A DNA stretch of 64,000 nucleotides from Rhynchobatus australiae (taxonomy: Eukaryota). Position 1 is the first letter of the stretch; every line of letters starts with the position of its first letter. Position numbers and translations under genes: made by a program. The DNA is taken from positions 27,405,021 through 27,469,020 of the forward strand of contig JAUZTB010000127.1 in NCBI GenBank assembly GCA_034780895.1, written 5' to 3'. A model generated the notes under the pieces. The model ran no database searches. It was not told the origin of the DNA and saw nothing but the letters and a program-made list of their open reading frames with translations. Positions 25,248-37,804 of the stretch are shown one piece after another.

Positions 25248-26520
25248 AACCTGAGGGACTATGTCCAGAATCTATAGCTGACATGTTAATGTGGGCTTTC
25301 GACTTTCCCTGTCACAGAGGTGTGTGCCTTCCGTCTTTTTAGGATTTGAGGAAAAAAACTGATGACAATTGATTTGAGGGTTGAAGCAATTTGCTTAACC
25401 ATTACACATTCACTTGCATTCACTGCTTTATTTTGAATCAAACCAAGATGAATGTAACAAAGTTTAAGATCAAATTGCAGGACATCAGCATATAGACAAC
25501 AGCCACAGATGAATATTTACAAGCAGTGGATGTTAAGTTCACTGAAGACTGGGAGAGTGAGAGGATGTGGAGGGACAGATTTCTGTAAGGCTCTGACCTA
25601 TGCAGTAACTCACAAACTTCCTAAAGTTAAAGCATGAATGGTCAGATTTGTATTTTTCAAACCTTACTGTGTTATCTTTTATGTACATACATGTAGCTAT
25701 TGTGAGGGAGCTGGGAAAGTGAAGTTTGAAAGCACTTTGTAGGATGAACATCTTAAGCTTTCATCTTTGACTTATCTGTGCAAGCAGAAAGACAGGAAAG
25801 CATAAATCACTCAACAGTCTAACAGCTCTGCACCTCAGTGTAAAGCAGTGAATGGGCCCTCCCTCCCTATGCACACACTCAGCCATGCTAACAAAAGGCA
25901 AACAAACAACTTCTGAGGAAATCAGCCATTGCCACCAGTCTCCAGCCGGTTGTTTCAGAAACCTTTCATCCCAGACAAATAGAAGGAGGGCCATAAAAAG
26001 ATATTTTTATAAAAAACATTCTTTTCTCTCCAAAGACAAATTCCCCACCATTGTTCTGCTTTCATAAGTGAAGGCTAAAAGCTTTTCTGCCACTTATGTG
26101 AGGCCAAGCAGGCTGCTTTCTTTCTCTGTAACACCATCAGTTGATTTTCATCAGCCTTGAGTTCAAGTTTAGAACAACACAATCTGCCAAAAAAATGTGA
26201 TCATGGCCAGTTATCCCATCCCCAAAACCAAGGTGGCTCTAACCATTGTTGTATACTGGACACACTGTGGCAGGAATATTAGAAATTAAGTGCCAGTTTC
26301 AAGAAGGGTGCATTGGGAAGGTATAACAGAATTAAACCAAAAATGCCAAGACACAATCCATATGCAAGAGTCCAGTTGGCAGAAACACAGTTCCTTCTGA
26401 ACAATGCAGGTATCTATTCAAGTGTGCAGCATGGAGTCCAGCCCGAGCTTGCTCTTCTTCAGCGGAGTCTTGATGGAACTTGAACATTCAGACAGATGGT
26501 TGTCCCATTACTTACCCCTG

Positions 26521-26820
26521 CCACACACACACACGCGCACTTGCAGATGCGCATGCATACAGTTGCAGACACATTTGCGTGCTTACAGATACAAATGCTT
26601 ATAGAAGACACTCAAGGATATAGCCACATACTCACAGAGACACACACACACATAAATGTGCAGACAGACACATATTGATAAACACAATTGCAGGTGCACG
26701 TGTATACATACACAGCCACACATAGATATAGACATATATGAACAGAAAAACAGGCAGACATACACAGGTATGTACACACATGCATTTGCAGGTACAACAC
26801 AGATGCACAGGCACACAGAG
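26521..26820. repeat. degenerate (CA)n-rich low-complexity tract
   Basis: Interspersed acacac/catac/cagac units; produces the spurious CV/TH-rich ORFs. Confidence 0.8.
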
Positions 26821-27399
26821 CGAATTAGCAGGTAAAGAAGACAGTTTGATTTCCCTGCTACAACAGATTTCTGCTTCATGCGAGCTAAGTCATGAAGTGG
26901 CACCAACATTAGCTGAGGACAAACCTCTGACCAACATTTGCTCAAAGTGAGCTTTTACTGGTGGCATAAAGCAGCTTCCTACATTTTGGGAGAACTTTCA
27001 AATGTAGAGAGCAAATTTCCAACAGAACTTAAAAACTCTTGATATTTTACATAAACATTCATTTGCAATTTCATTTTTAAAGAGTATCATTAAACTATTA
27101 TGGAAAGTGCACACAGTAATATGTTGCTAATTGACTAATGAAACATTGTGAAGTGAATTCAATATTAAAATGTCTGCTGAGTTGCTTTAAATGTTAACAC
27201 CACAGGGACAGGCATTGTGGTGTCAGAATGCCAGGAGTCTTCAGAGACACCTTAATTGTGGCCATATTAAAAAAAAAGTTAAATTCAATTGCGGTAACTA
27301 AACCCTGCTGACTGCCACAGAGCAAGTGATCAGCAGGGTGCTCCTCATCTGCCTCCTCCCAGTGGCAGAAGTACTGCTCTCTAGATCACAGTGTGGATT

Positions 27400-28480
27400 C
27401 CATCTATTGAAGAGCACTTTGGACACATTATTTTCCATGCAACAACTCCAAGAGAAATATCTGGCCTTGCTTGAACTCTTAATAGCCCCTTACTCTATCA
27501 ATCAAGAGGGACTGTGATGCATCCTTCTCAAATTTGGCCTCCATGGAAATTTGACTCTGTTTTTGCCTCTGCTACATAACTGCAAGCTGTGATCTTAACT
27601 GACAAATCCACTGCTGTCAAGCAAGGCTACATTATTGCCCCACACCTCACCAATCATTTTTCTTGTAATGTTGCAGCATGGCTCCAATAAGCTTCCCACT
27701 GGATTGAAGATGATCTACAGGGCAAATGGAATTCAACAGTGCCTCTGCTCCAGAATCAAGGGGACTCTAATTTCATTTATTGAGCTGCAATATGTAGATG
27801 ACACCTGTGTATGTACAAGCTCAGAGGCCAAGCTTCAGGTGATCAGTGAACTCTCCAAGAGAATGAGCCTTATACTTCATATTCACAAGAGCAAGGTCAT
27901 TTACCAACCTGCCCCCAAACTACACAACCTGCCCCCTGCCAATAAAGGTCCACAAGGAGATCCTGAAAAACATGGACTGTTTCCCATATCTCAATGAAGG
28001 TAGACATTGATGATGAAATTCAGTATCACCTTCAGGGCACCAGCACAGCTTCTGACCATTTGAAGAAAAGAGTTTATGCGGATCAAGCCCTCAGACTCAG
28101 CACAAAGCTCATCATCAACCAAGCAGCAGAGATCACTGCCCTCCTGCACGTACCTAAGGCATGGACTACATACAGCAGGAACCTCAAGGCACAAGGGACA
28201 CATCAGCAATGCTATAGCAGTAATATCCTTCAAATCCACTGACAGATTAAGCAAACAAAGTGTCTTCTCTCAGACTTACACCCAAAGCATGGAGGCCCAA
28301 TTCCAAAGGGCAGGCTACGTTAGTTGCGAGCTCAACACTCTGCTCTGAGAAGTCATGGTAAAAAATTAGTTGTTGGACAGCAAACGCAATTCAAGGATAT
28401 TCTCAAAACCTCCTTGAAAACATTTAACATTCCCAGTGACCCATGGCCACTGAAAATGGAGAAGGAGCTTTTAGGGTGGG
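27400..28480 (+). mobile_element. decayed RTE-clade LINE reverse transcriptase fragment
   Basis: Frameshifted ORFs with IFSMQQLQEK, IELQYVDD (YADD catalytic motif), KSKVIYQPAP, DIDDEIQYHLQGTSTASDHLKKRV, AWTTYSRNLK, QFKDILKTSLK. Confidence 0.75.
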
Positions 28481-28732
28481 GCCTTAAGACCATTGATTGG
28501 GAGTCCAATGTAAATAGTGGAAGGATTGCACCACCTGCCCCTCGTGTATCACCAGTTGGCTGGAGCTGATAACTTTATACAGCCATCCTGGGTTAATAAG
28601 AGCCTGGAGACTGCAGTGCACCATTTTTTGGCTGGTTAAGCCATCAGTGCTCACTTGGGAGAACACTCACCCCTGTGTTAAGGTCCTCTGAGTAAATGAG
28701 TTTTGGGTTCAGCAGGAATTTGGCTTATATCA

Positions 28733-29020
28733 ATGCAGTACTGTGGGAATACTGATGGGGCATTCAACCAAGGTCTCATTAGCCCTCTCTGGGGCAAAAG
28801 ATACTGTGGTATTATTTCAAAGCCCTGACACATATTTATCTCACCAGGACCAATAAGACAGATTACCTGAGTATTGTCATGTTGCTATTTGTGGCACCTT
28901 GCTGTCCCATCTCCTACATTACAGCAATGTCTACATTTCCAAAAGTACACATTGTATGCAAGGTGCTTTGGGACAGCCACAGTTATGAAAGGCGCTGTAC
29001 AAATCTCAGTAAATTCTTTC
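28733..29020 (+). mobile_element. DeuSINE-like fragment
   Basis: tgcagtactgtgggaatactg...cagattacctgagtattgtcatgttgctatttgtgg...cctacattacagcaatg...gctttgggac...atgaaaggcgctgtacaaat. Confidence 0.6.
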
Positions 29021-31074
29021 CAATCCAGTTAGTGATGCCTCCATGTACCCAGTGAAGCAACAACAGATGTCAGAGAGATTCTCTGTTGTCATTCACTATA
29101 TATCTACCACACTTAAAAATTAGCCGGCTCTCTTTAATAACACCTGTAGATAATATTTATGAAAATTTTGGAACACACTGCTAATATTCTTATTAAAGCA
29201 CAAAATGTCCTTAAAAAGGAACTTAATAGGTTAAGTTTGATATAGAATGCTACTTTTTGGGTAAGTCCCAATCAGTAATTATCTAACAAAAAGGAAAAAC
29301 CAACTGTTGTGAATCAGGATTATTTAACAACATTAGACAAGTAAACCATAAAGGACCTCTTTGTGCTCCACCATTAGCTCTTCCATCTTGGACTCTTGCC
29401 AGCTTTATGCAACACAGCTGCACCCATGTCACTCTGTTCAGCTTGACCCTGTCTCGTTGACTGGGGTTGGTGGAGCACCAGACACTGTTGTGTCTTGCTG
29501 CTGTACCCGGAGTCCTTGTGGGAACAGACTCGTGGGCAGTGAAGTACAATAAAAAGAAAAGATAAAACTAACACATGGCCTTCAGGGAACCAATAGTAAA
29601 AAAATGATTCCTCTAGGGTACTGCTTTTAAAAACTGTTTGCTTTGGATTGACTGAACATAATAACACTCTGTAGAGGTAAAACTTAGTGTGATGGAATTA
29701 ATTTGGACATTTCTCATTTCCCACATTTTTGCATGGAGTGAATGGGCCTGATTGTTTTTTATGAAAAGAGTTTGTTCTATACATGGTTTACACTGAAGTT
29801 ACTGTCACTGTACAATCCTTACAAGACATTACTTCAACCTCACTAATTGGTGATATTTCCCTCTAAAAAGTTACTTTCTCCTTTTTAAGTTGTTCTAAGC
29901 AGATATGTTATGGCTTTACTCAATATCCAAATATTATCAATGCTCCAGCCTTGCACATAAAGCAGCTTCCATAGCTTGAGGACATGCTGAAGCATTTCAC
30001 AATCAGTGAAGTCCTTTAGAAGTATCATCATTCTGGTCACGTAAGTAAATATGAAAAGCAATTCTGCAGGAGGTAAGATCCCAGAAAGAGCAAAGCAAAC
30101 AACTGACGATTGACTACAAATATGTGTATGAAAATCTGTTTCCCAGAGAATACAATGCCATCAGTTGAACCAAATCACTTTAGAACTTCAATTGGGCACT
30201 GGAATGTTGAATCCATGAGCATGGACATGCCTCTTCCTGCATTGGACATCATTCTATTGCAAATTAGCTCATGTTGATCCAATATGCATCATACATTGGG
30301 CTCTTATAACTCAAGTGGGTTTTTACAGCAATGCTTGTTCAGGAGGTGGGCAATTTCAAGGGGGCCTCTCTGACTTGGTCCCGGCCTGGAATAGTGAACA
30401 GGACTCAGGCAGGCCCTAATAAAGCTATTTACTTACAGGCTCGCATCCATTGCGGTACCAATTGCACTCACCCATTCTCCCCAACCACCCCCTTCACATA
30501 ATCACTCAACATCCGATTCCACCATCAATTACAAAAAGCCCCACCCTGATGGGCAGCAACCATCCAACATAACTGCCAATCACAACTCCTTGAGTCTCCG
30601 CCTCCACAGCATCACCCAACTCCCAATCAGCGAAGCCCTGCTACGTGACCAGTCCCATCCACTGCCAGTTGCAGGGAGCTGACCACCTTCTCCAACCCCT
30701 TTCTGATTTGGGACCTTCCCTCTATTCCTGATTTCTATCACATACTTTGCATTGGAAAAGCCTTTTCTAGAGTCAATTCAGTATGATTAAATTTGATGAA
30801 GTCAGGGGCATACATGATGCCACAGAAGCAAGTGGTATCAGAGCATAGGGAGATTAATGGCAACAGAGCTACAGGCAACAAGGTACAAAGGGGTCAGTTT
30901 GATGACCAAATACTTGTCTTATGAGAACTTCTACAAGCAAAGGACCTTCAAGACATTATTGCCATCATCAAAGACAGGAATCCTACTAGATGGCACTCAG
31001 GTGGTGGGCNNNNNNNNNNNNNNNNNNNNNNNNNNNNNNNNNNNNNNNNNNNNNNNCACATCGGAAAAAAAAAA

Positions 31075-31294
31075 TCTGCAGGTGTTGAAAATCTGAAATA
31101 AAAACAGAAAATGCTAGAAACACTCAGCCGATTAGGTAGCACATGTGGAGAATGAAACAGAGTTACAGTTTCAGGTCAATAACCCTTCGTCAGAACTCTG
31201 ATGAAAGGTCATTGACCTGAAAAGTTAATTTTGTGTATCTATCCACACATGCTGCCTGACCTGCCAAGTTTTCCCAGCATTTTCTGTTTTTATT
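31075..31294. mobile_element. palindromic (head-to-head) Penelope-type repeat with hammerhead-like cores on both strands
   Basis: ~97-bp arms 31097-31193 and 31198-31294 are diverged reverse complements; CTGATGA...GAAA on +, CTGACGA...GAAAC on -. Confidence 0.7.
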
Positions 31295-31396
31295 CTAAAT
31301 TCACACATGCTGAGCTGATATGGCCAATCCTGTGTTAAAGCCCTGAGGCAGTAAGACACAGCAGTGAGAATGCTTCAGTGGCTCTGGACCACTCAC

Positions 31397-31487
31397 CTCA
31401 ATAGCTTCTCCTGCTCTCGGGCAATGAGACGCTCCTCCCGATGGCGGTGCCGATCATCACTCCGCTCTTCATCTGTCCGCCCATGTC
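31397..31487 (-). CDS. TNRC18: TNRC18 coding exon, 91 nt, phase 1-2 (GHGRTDEERSDDRHRHREERLIAREQEKLLR)
   Basis: Acceptor ttcttgcttgaag|GA; donor TGAG|gtgagt; absent from the ORF track but bridges the phases of its neighbours exactly. Confidence 0.88.
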
Positions 31488-31544
31488 CTTCAAGCAAGAA
31501 AGAGACCAAATGTCATCTCTCAAAATAACACCATAATCTCAACA

Positions 31545-32150
31545 ATTATTTATGTACCTCCTTTAACACAGCAAAACATCCAAAGGTGCTGCACTGAATT
31601 GTCATCAAACAAACCTCTGACTCACATAAAGAGATATTGGGATAGATGATTAAGAAGTTGAGTTTAAAGAGCATCCTAAAGGGGGAAAGGGAGATAGATG
31701 GAGGGGTTTAGGGAGGGAAATCCAGGTCTTGAGGACTTGGGAGGTGAAAGCAGCAAAATTCAAGGAGAATTTCGAATTGGAGGAGAATAAATGGCAAGCA
31801 AAGATGGAAGGTGGTAATTAAGGAGACAGTGAGGGATGTCCATCGAAGAATGGGAAACGTGGGTGAGAATTTCACACTCGTGGCTCTGCTTAACTGAAAC
31901 CAATAAAGTCAATAAGTACAGGAATGATGGGGAAACAGGACATAGAGTGAGCTAGGATATGTGCAGCAGGATTTTGGAGGACCCTGGCTTTTTAGAGGGA
32001 GTGCAAAAAGCCAAATATGTTCTGGAATGTTTAAGTCCAGGTGTAGAGAAGGGAAGGGAGGAGTGTTTAGGCATCAGGTGAACTTGAGGCGGGGTGGAGT
32101 CAGGTGATGGCACAGAAGTGGAAGGAGGTAGACTTTGTCATGGTGCAGAT
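31545..32150 (-). mobile_element. L2-like LINE 3' fragment
   Basis: Same tail as the DeuSINE copies (cctttaacacagcaaaacatccaaaggtgct) followed by a purine-rich body (ggaggggtttagggagggaaatccagg...). Confidence 0.6.
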
Positions 32151-34409
32151 ACATGGCCCAAAGTTCCTCGGTCACGTAATACACACATTTTTAGCTATTT
32201 AAGTTTGAAGAGCTTTGAAAAGTGCTGCCAAAGAGATTGAACTGTTACTCTTCTACTGGCAGATGACACGATAATTTGAAATGGAACTTTGTGAGGCTTT
32301 CAAACTAAGAAATGTAGAAACGATCACACCATTACAAAAATATCATTGCCTCTGAAAATATTTCCAACTGAAGATGCAACCTCATTTATCCAAGTGAAAA
32401 GCTTTAATTGTAAGCATCCAATTTTGTTTTAATCATGGCAATTGATAGGACATGCAGGTGGAAAAGATGAAGGAAGAATCCATGGGACATTTGTTTAATA
32501 AATTGTAGTAAATGGATATGTTCTAATCTCGCAGCACAATTAGTTCAGTCATCACAGGATGGGTACAGCACTGGATCTTTATGTGCTACTTTCATCAGAG
32601 CGGTGCCATTAAAACAATTCCTACTTGTACTCTGTTCCCCAACAGCAGAAAGCAGAAGAACCCAGCAGATTTCACTTGAAGATCCTATTAACATCTCATT
32701 AATCAACTATTTGACACAGCGTCACTAACACCTTTCAGAGCCTTACCAAGATCCTTTCAAAAGCAGGTTTGCCCAAGAATCACCAAAGGTTTCGAAGCAA
32801 ATCAATTTTATTTAAGTAAACATGCAGTGAATTAGGGTTAAGTAAACATTGTTCTAAATGTTAAAGCCCACGATAAAGAATCACAGCACAGGCACAGCCA
32901 CATGAATCATCTGGTCTCTTCCTCATTTTTCAATGCATTTAATACTCCTGGTTTTCAAGCATAAGTCTTGGTTGACTTTTGAGAAAGCATCTGCTTCAAT
33001 GGTGGTATTGAGAGAATTTCACATTTGTGCCACTTGATTTTACCTCCCTTTTGTTTCTTTTGTGACGGACAATTTTAAGCACTGGCTGAGAAACAATCTG
33101 CTGCTATTATCTAATCCTGTAACCCTCCTTCATCTCAAGGAACTTCAATGATTCTTGAACACTGGTCTGTTTGTGTTCAGGTCTGTGCCTTTTGTCCCAC
33201 TATCACCAATACTTCAACCCATCTGTGGCTAAATTCACTTGCACATCAGCCCCTTACCAAACACAACCAATGACACAACAGGAAACCTTTCATATATGCT
33301 GCTGGAATCTCGCTTTACTGCTTTCACATTCCCACAGAGAATCAATCTGATATCCAACACAGTAAAGTAAAAAATAAAGAAAAGATTTCTCCACACTGCA
33401 AAATTGTCGTAGTTTACAACAGTGAACTTTTAATTTAACTTGAATCATAAAAATGCATTGCTGATCCCTGCATGAAATAGAGCAGGTCATGGTGTTGGGA
33501 CAGGCAGGCCTTGTAAAGAACATTCATCCTCAGAAAGGAGTATTCAGTGTGCACTGGAAGGCAGTACATTCAGAATTTCCATTACAACCACTACTTATTC
33601 TGGACTTGTTCCAGCTATTATGGGTGGGAATTACTATCACAGTCTTGGTGTTTAAGTCACGTCACATTAAAATTGACAAAAAGGTCACTTTACTTTATAG
33701 GCTATAGCTTTCACACTGGCCTGCTCTGATATCCAACATGTGTTAGCCAAAATAATGCAATAAAAAAATGTGCTTAGACACTGGGTTGTCCAGTACTGTG
33801 ATTTTATGCACTGTTGATTCAATTTTAATTATGTCAATTACCAAGAAAAATTAGGGACTTAGGTGTCTAGGATCTGGGACTATTGTGTGACTCAGTGATA
33901 GTGCAGTTCACACATATCAAAACATGGCTTCACTATGCTTGTAATGTCTCCTTTCGTATAACTTACAAGGAACCTGCCTGAGAAGATCTCAGGGAACCCA
34001 TCTTATGTATCTGGGCAAGTGGGGGGTGCAGAGGTGGAACAGTAAAAGTGAAATGGTGATCCTCTCATCAGCCAATGATTACCTGTATTCACACACTGAC
34101 AGGAGTCAACCAATATTGGGCTGGCAAGGAAATCAGACCAATTCTAACCTTCTGTTCCCAAAACACTACCCATTGGAGATCACAGGTTGAACCTGAGATA
34201 TTCCCACTTTCAATGGACAACATACTATTACATTATGTATTTGCCATCTGACACTTTGAACATTCAGTTAGTCAGAGTTCATGCAAGGTGCAAAAAATTT
34301 TTTTAAAGATTCTATGAGAAATAATAAGCTGGGCCCAGGTGTGGAAGAAAAGTATTTCTGATGCCTAAATTTAACAGTTCAAATTATTTCTTTATGGTTC
34401 AGACTCTCT

Positions 34410-34815
34410 GCAGGCATCTTCTTGTACTCAATGCAGCTAAGAAGAATGAGAGATGAACTCACTGAAAAATATAAAGTGGCTTGTGAGGGTAGCTGTGGAG
34501 AGGATGTTAATGCTTGTGGGGTAATCTAGAAACATAAGATTTAGTTTCAGAATAAGGAATCATCCATATTTGGGATGTGGAAAAATTTCTTTCAGAAGAT
34601 CATGAGCCTTTGGTATTTTGTACCCTACAGAGCTGTGGTGGCCAAGCATTAAATGTATTCCAGGCTGAAATACACTTCTAGGCTATCAGGGAGTCAAAGG
34701 TTATGGTGAACAGGTAAGAAAGCAGATTTCAGTTCTGTATTAGATCAGATATGATTCACTGAATGATACAGTAAGCTTGTGGAGCTACTTCTGCACCAAA
34801 TTCTTATGTTCTAGT
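34410..34815 (+). mobile_element. degenerate CR1 3' fragment
   Basis: agaagaatgagagatgaactcactgaaa...agagctgtggtggccaag...gggagtcaaaggttatggtg...agatcagatatgattcactgaatg...ttcttatgttct. Confidence 0.6.
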
Positions 34816-37804
34816 ATTAAAAAGTAAATCAAGGTACCAATGAGTTTTTTTCAAAGAAGCCTAATATATGAAGTGTCCAAGTAATCTGAAGTGGCAAGTG
34901 GAGAGCACTGTGATTAGAAAAATGTTGTTTTCCTGTATCTGTTCAGAAGAGCAGATGGACAGGAAGATAGATAAAACTTGGAAGCTCATCTTAGGTTGTT
35001 TGTGTTAAATATGTGATGAAATAACATATGTGGGTTGTATTCAAAATTCCAAAGTTGAAATCAACAGAACAGAATTTCAGAAGCAGTGTGTAATGTTACT
35101 ATAACATTCACGTGTGGCTGAGGATGAGTTTCCACTCCCTCTGTTTGGAGAACCATCCAGGACCATGAATCACTGTACTTAATCCATCTGATCTTCTCGA
35201 CTGCTTTCAATTAGTTAAGGGAGCTGGAGAGGAATTTTCCAGAAACCTTTTTTTCCCTTTTGGACCCTGGATTTTTCCATTTGTTTGCCTCTCCCAGAAG
35301 ATTGAATTCCTGCAGAGGGTAGTTGTCTGACCATCATGAGTTTGGAGCAGATTTACATGACCAACTGGTCTCTTCCTGGCCCTCATTTTTATGTGTTTGA
35401 ATGAATTGCACATAAAACCCTGCCTTGTGAGTATAGCAGTGGGTGAGTCTGGTCTACATTTCATTTGCTTTAGTCATTTCTCATTACATTCCATCTAATG
35501 GGAAACCCATCTTTCACTGAAGCACAACCTACTAAGTGTTGCCTTTGAAAGTTCATATTTTGGGAGGGTTGAGCAGCAAAAAAACAACATTGAGTGAAGT
35601 CATAAAGGACGATTCTGTGTATAACTCATTTTTTTCTGATGATGAGAAATGCTTACTGAGCCGCAGTACAAAAACTAAAGGCGTGTTATGGCCATTTTGG
35701 AGAAATATGATTTCACGTTATGGTATTTTGGCTCAGGATAATAGAAGAGTTAAGTTGCGCGACTAACAGGGCCCCTTCTACTTCAACTGTACTTATAATG
35801 GGATGAAATAAAAAGCCAGAATAGTGTGATTTTATGCAACATTTATTATAATAATTGCTTTTAATTTCCCCCTTCCATTTATTCCTACAGGTGGTTCTGG
35901 AATGAGATAATTCTGCCTTATACAGAGAGCTGCTGTTAAAATCCATGAATAGAAGACTTGTCTTTAAGAAAAATGAAAAGAGTGTGTACAGGCCCCTCAC
36001 TGGCCATGCTCATGTACAGGCTTAGGCTGTGTCTAGGCAACCCTGCCCTAAATATCAGCATTTCATTCTTACAATACATCAGATTAGTCATCTAAACTGT
36101 GCTTTTACCTTTCTGTAAAGCTCAGTAGGTTCAGAGCCTTCTCTTATCACTGGCAGACTAATGTTATTACCAGGCTTTCCATGTGCAAGATAAAACAAAA
36201 TTAATACTTTTTCTCCCAAGGCTTGTCCCGTGTCGCCTAGCAACAGACTGGAAAACTGGTTAGAATTCCATTCTTGTTTGCAGCTTTTAGTTCTGCTCAG
36301 TAAATTACACTTAATGTTAGCTGCCTGTATCCTAGTCATTGAAATGCTTTACAAACAGCTCCCTGTGATGCCACTGCCGACTGTGGACTGTTGGGCCTTG
36401 GCAACAGCCAGAGAAACTACTTCATAGACAAAGATTTCCACTGCAGACCACATGATGTCTAGCCAAAAGAATTTCTATACAACGACATGCAAAAGAGAGG
36501 GAAGTGTTCTACTTTATTGTCTCCCACTGTGCCACCAATCAATTTTTACATTAAAAACACATCATATTGTTGATGATGGACAGGACTAGGTCATGTGAGC
36601 TGTACACAGAAGTGCTAGGTTGAATGGCATAGCGTTGCTTTATTCTTTGCCTCCTGCATGTAAATAAAAGAAGAGACTGCTATAGATCAGTTTAAATGGG
36701 AGGCTACATTCCAGCCAGCTAGTGAGTTGAAGGCAAACATTAAAAACAAACTTCTGTATGTCTGAACAAGCAATCGTCTTACAATACTACAGCTATGGGC
36801 ACTTTAAATTTTATAATTACCAACACACGATGGATTATGATTTTATTTCACAAGCTTCCAATAATTGTAAAGAAAATATATCTTTTCTACCCCTTGGTTA
36901 TAATGAAACTTAACCAACGTATCCAAAATTTTATTTTATATTTTGGGGTGTCCAATGTCAGTCTTAGTTATATAAAATACCTGGTTGCTTAAATCATTAT
37001 GAAAGGAAAAATCAATATTTCAGTTCAGCAATATTCAGGGCAAACAATTCTGTTTGTTTCAATATTCGATTTTGATTGCCAGTGCCCTCTGCAACAATAA
37101 AACTAAAAGCTTTCTGCACATACAGACCATGTTAGTTTAACCTTGCTGACTCTGTGTAGATATTTCCCTTCTCAGTGTTTGAAATTCCACAATTTAATGT
37201 TTGCTTCATGCATAGATCTCGAACCAGACGAAGCCCATTATTTTAAAAGTTCCCACTGTGCCCGTGAATAGGCCATTCAGTTCCATCTATTACACTGCTT
37301 ACTTTATCTGTGCAAATTCCTTTATTTAAAAACGTATTCACAACCAGCTAAAAAACACCGAGACCAAGTTATACAAGAGAAATTATAAAGTGAGAGACAA
37401 TGTTATCATTCATGTCTTTTCTAAAAATAATTATTAACCCCAAAGAAACAGGAGTCCTATTTCATAGGAGCACAATGAATAAAAGGAGCTGATAAACTAA
37501 AATAATAACATTATTACATTTGTTGACTAGGCTTTTCCATTCCTATGATACCCATCGATCTTGGAAGGACTAAAGTGGCAGATGCTGTGTGCTTCTTCTC
37601 CAGTGTTTCCCAGCTGCCAACCAGGCCATGGAATAGAGGCCATAGCATGAACAATAGACACATTGTCTAGCTACAGGAACAGACCCAAAGGAGATCCCTA
37701 ACCTTCACACCTCACAAGAGTCAAGAGCATTCAAGGACTAGCACTAGAAAACATGGTCCCACCCTGCCAAACGTGCCCCAAAACAACACTGGTCATTTCC
37801 TTAC

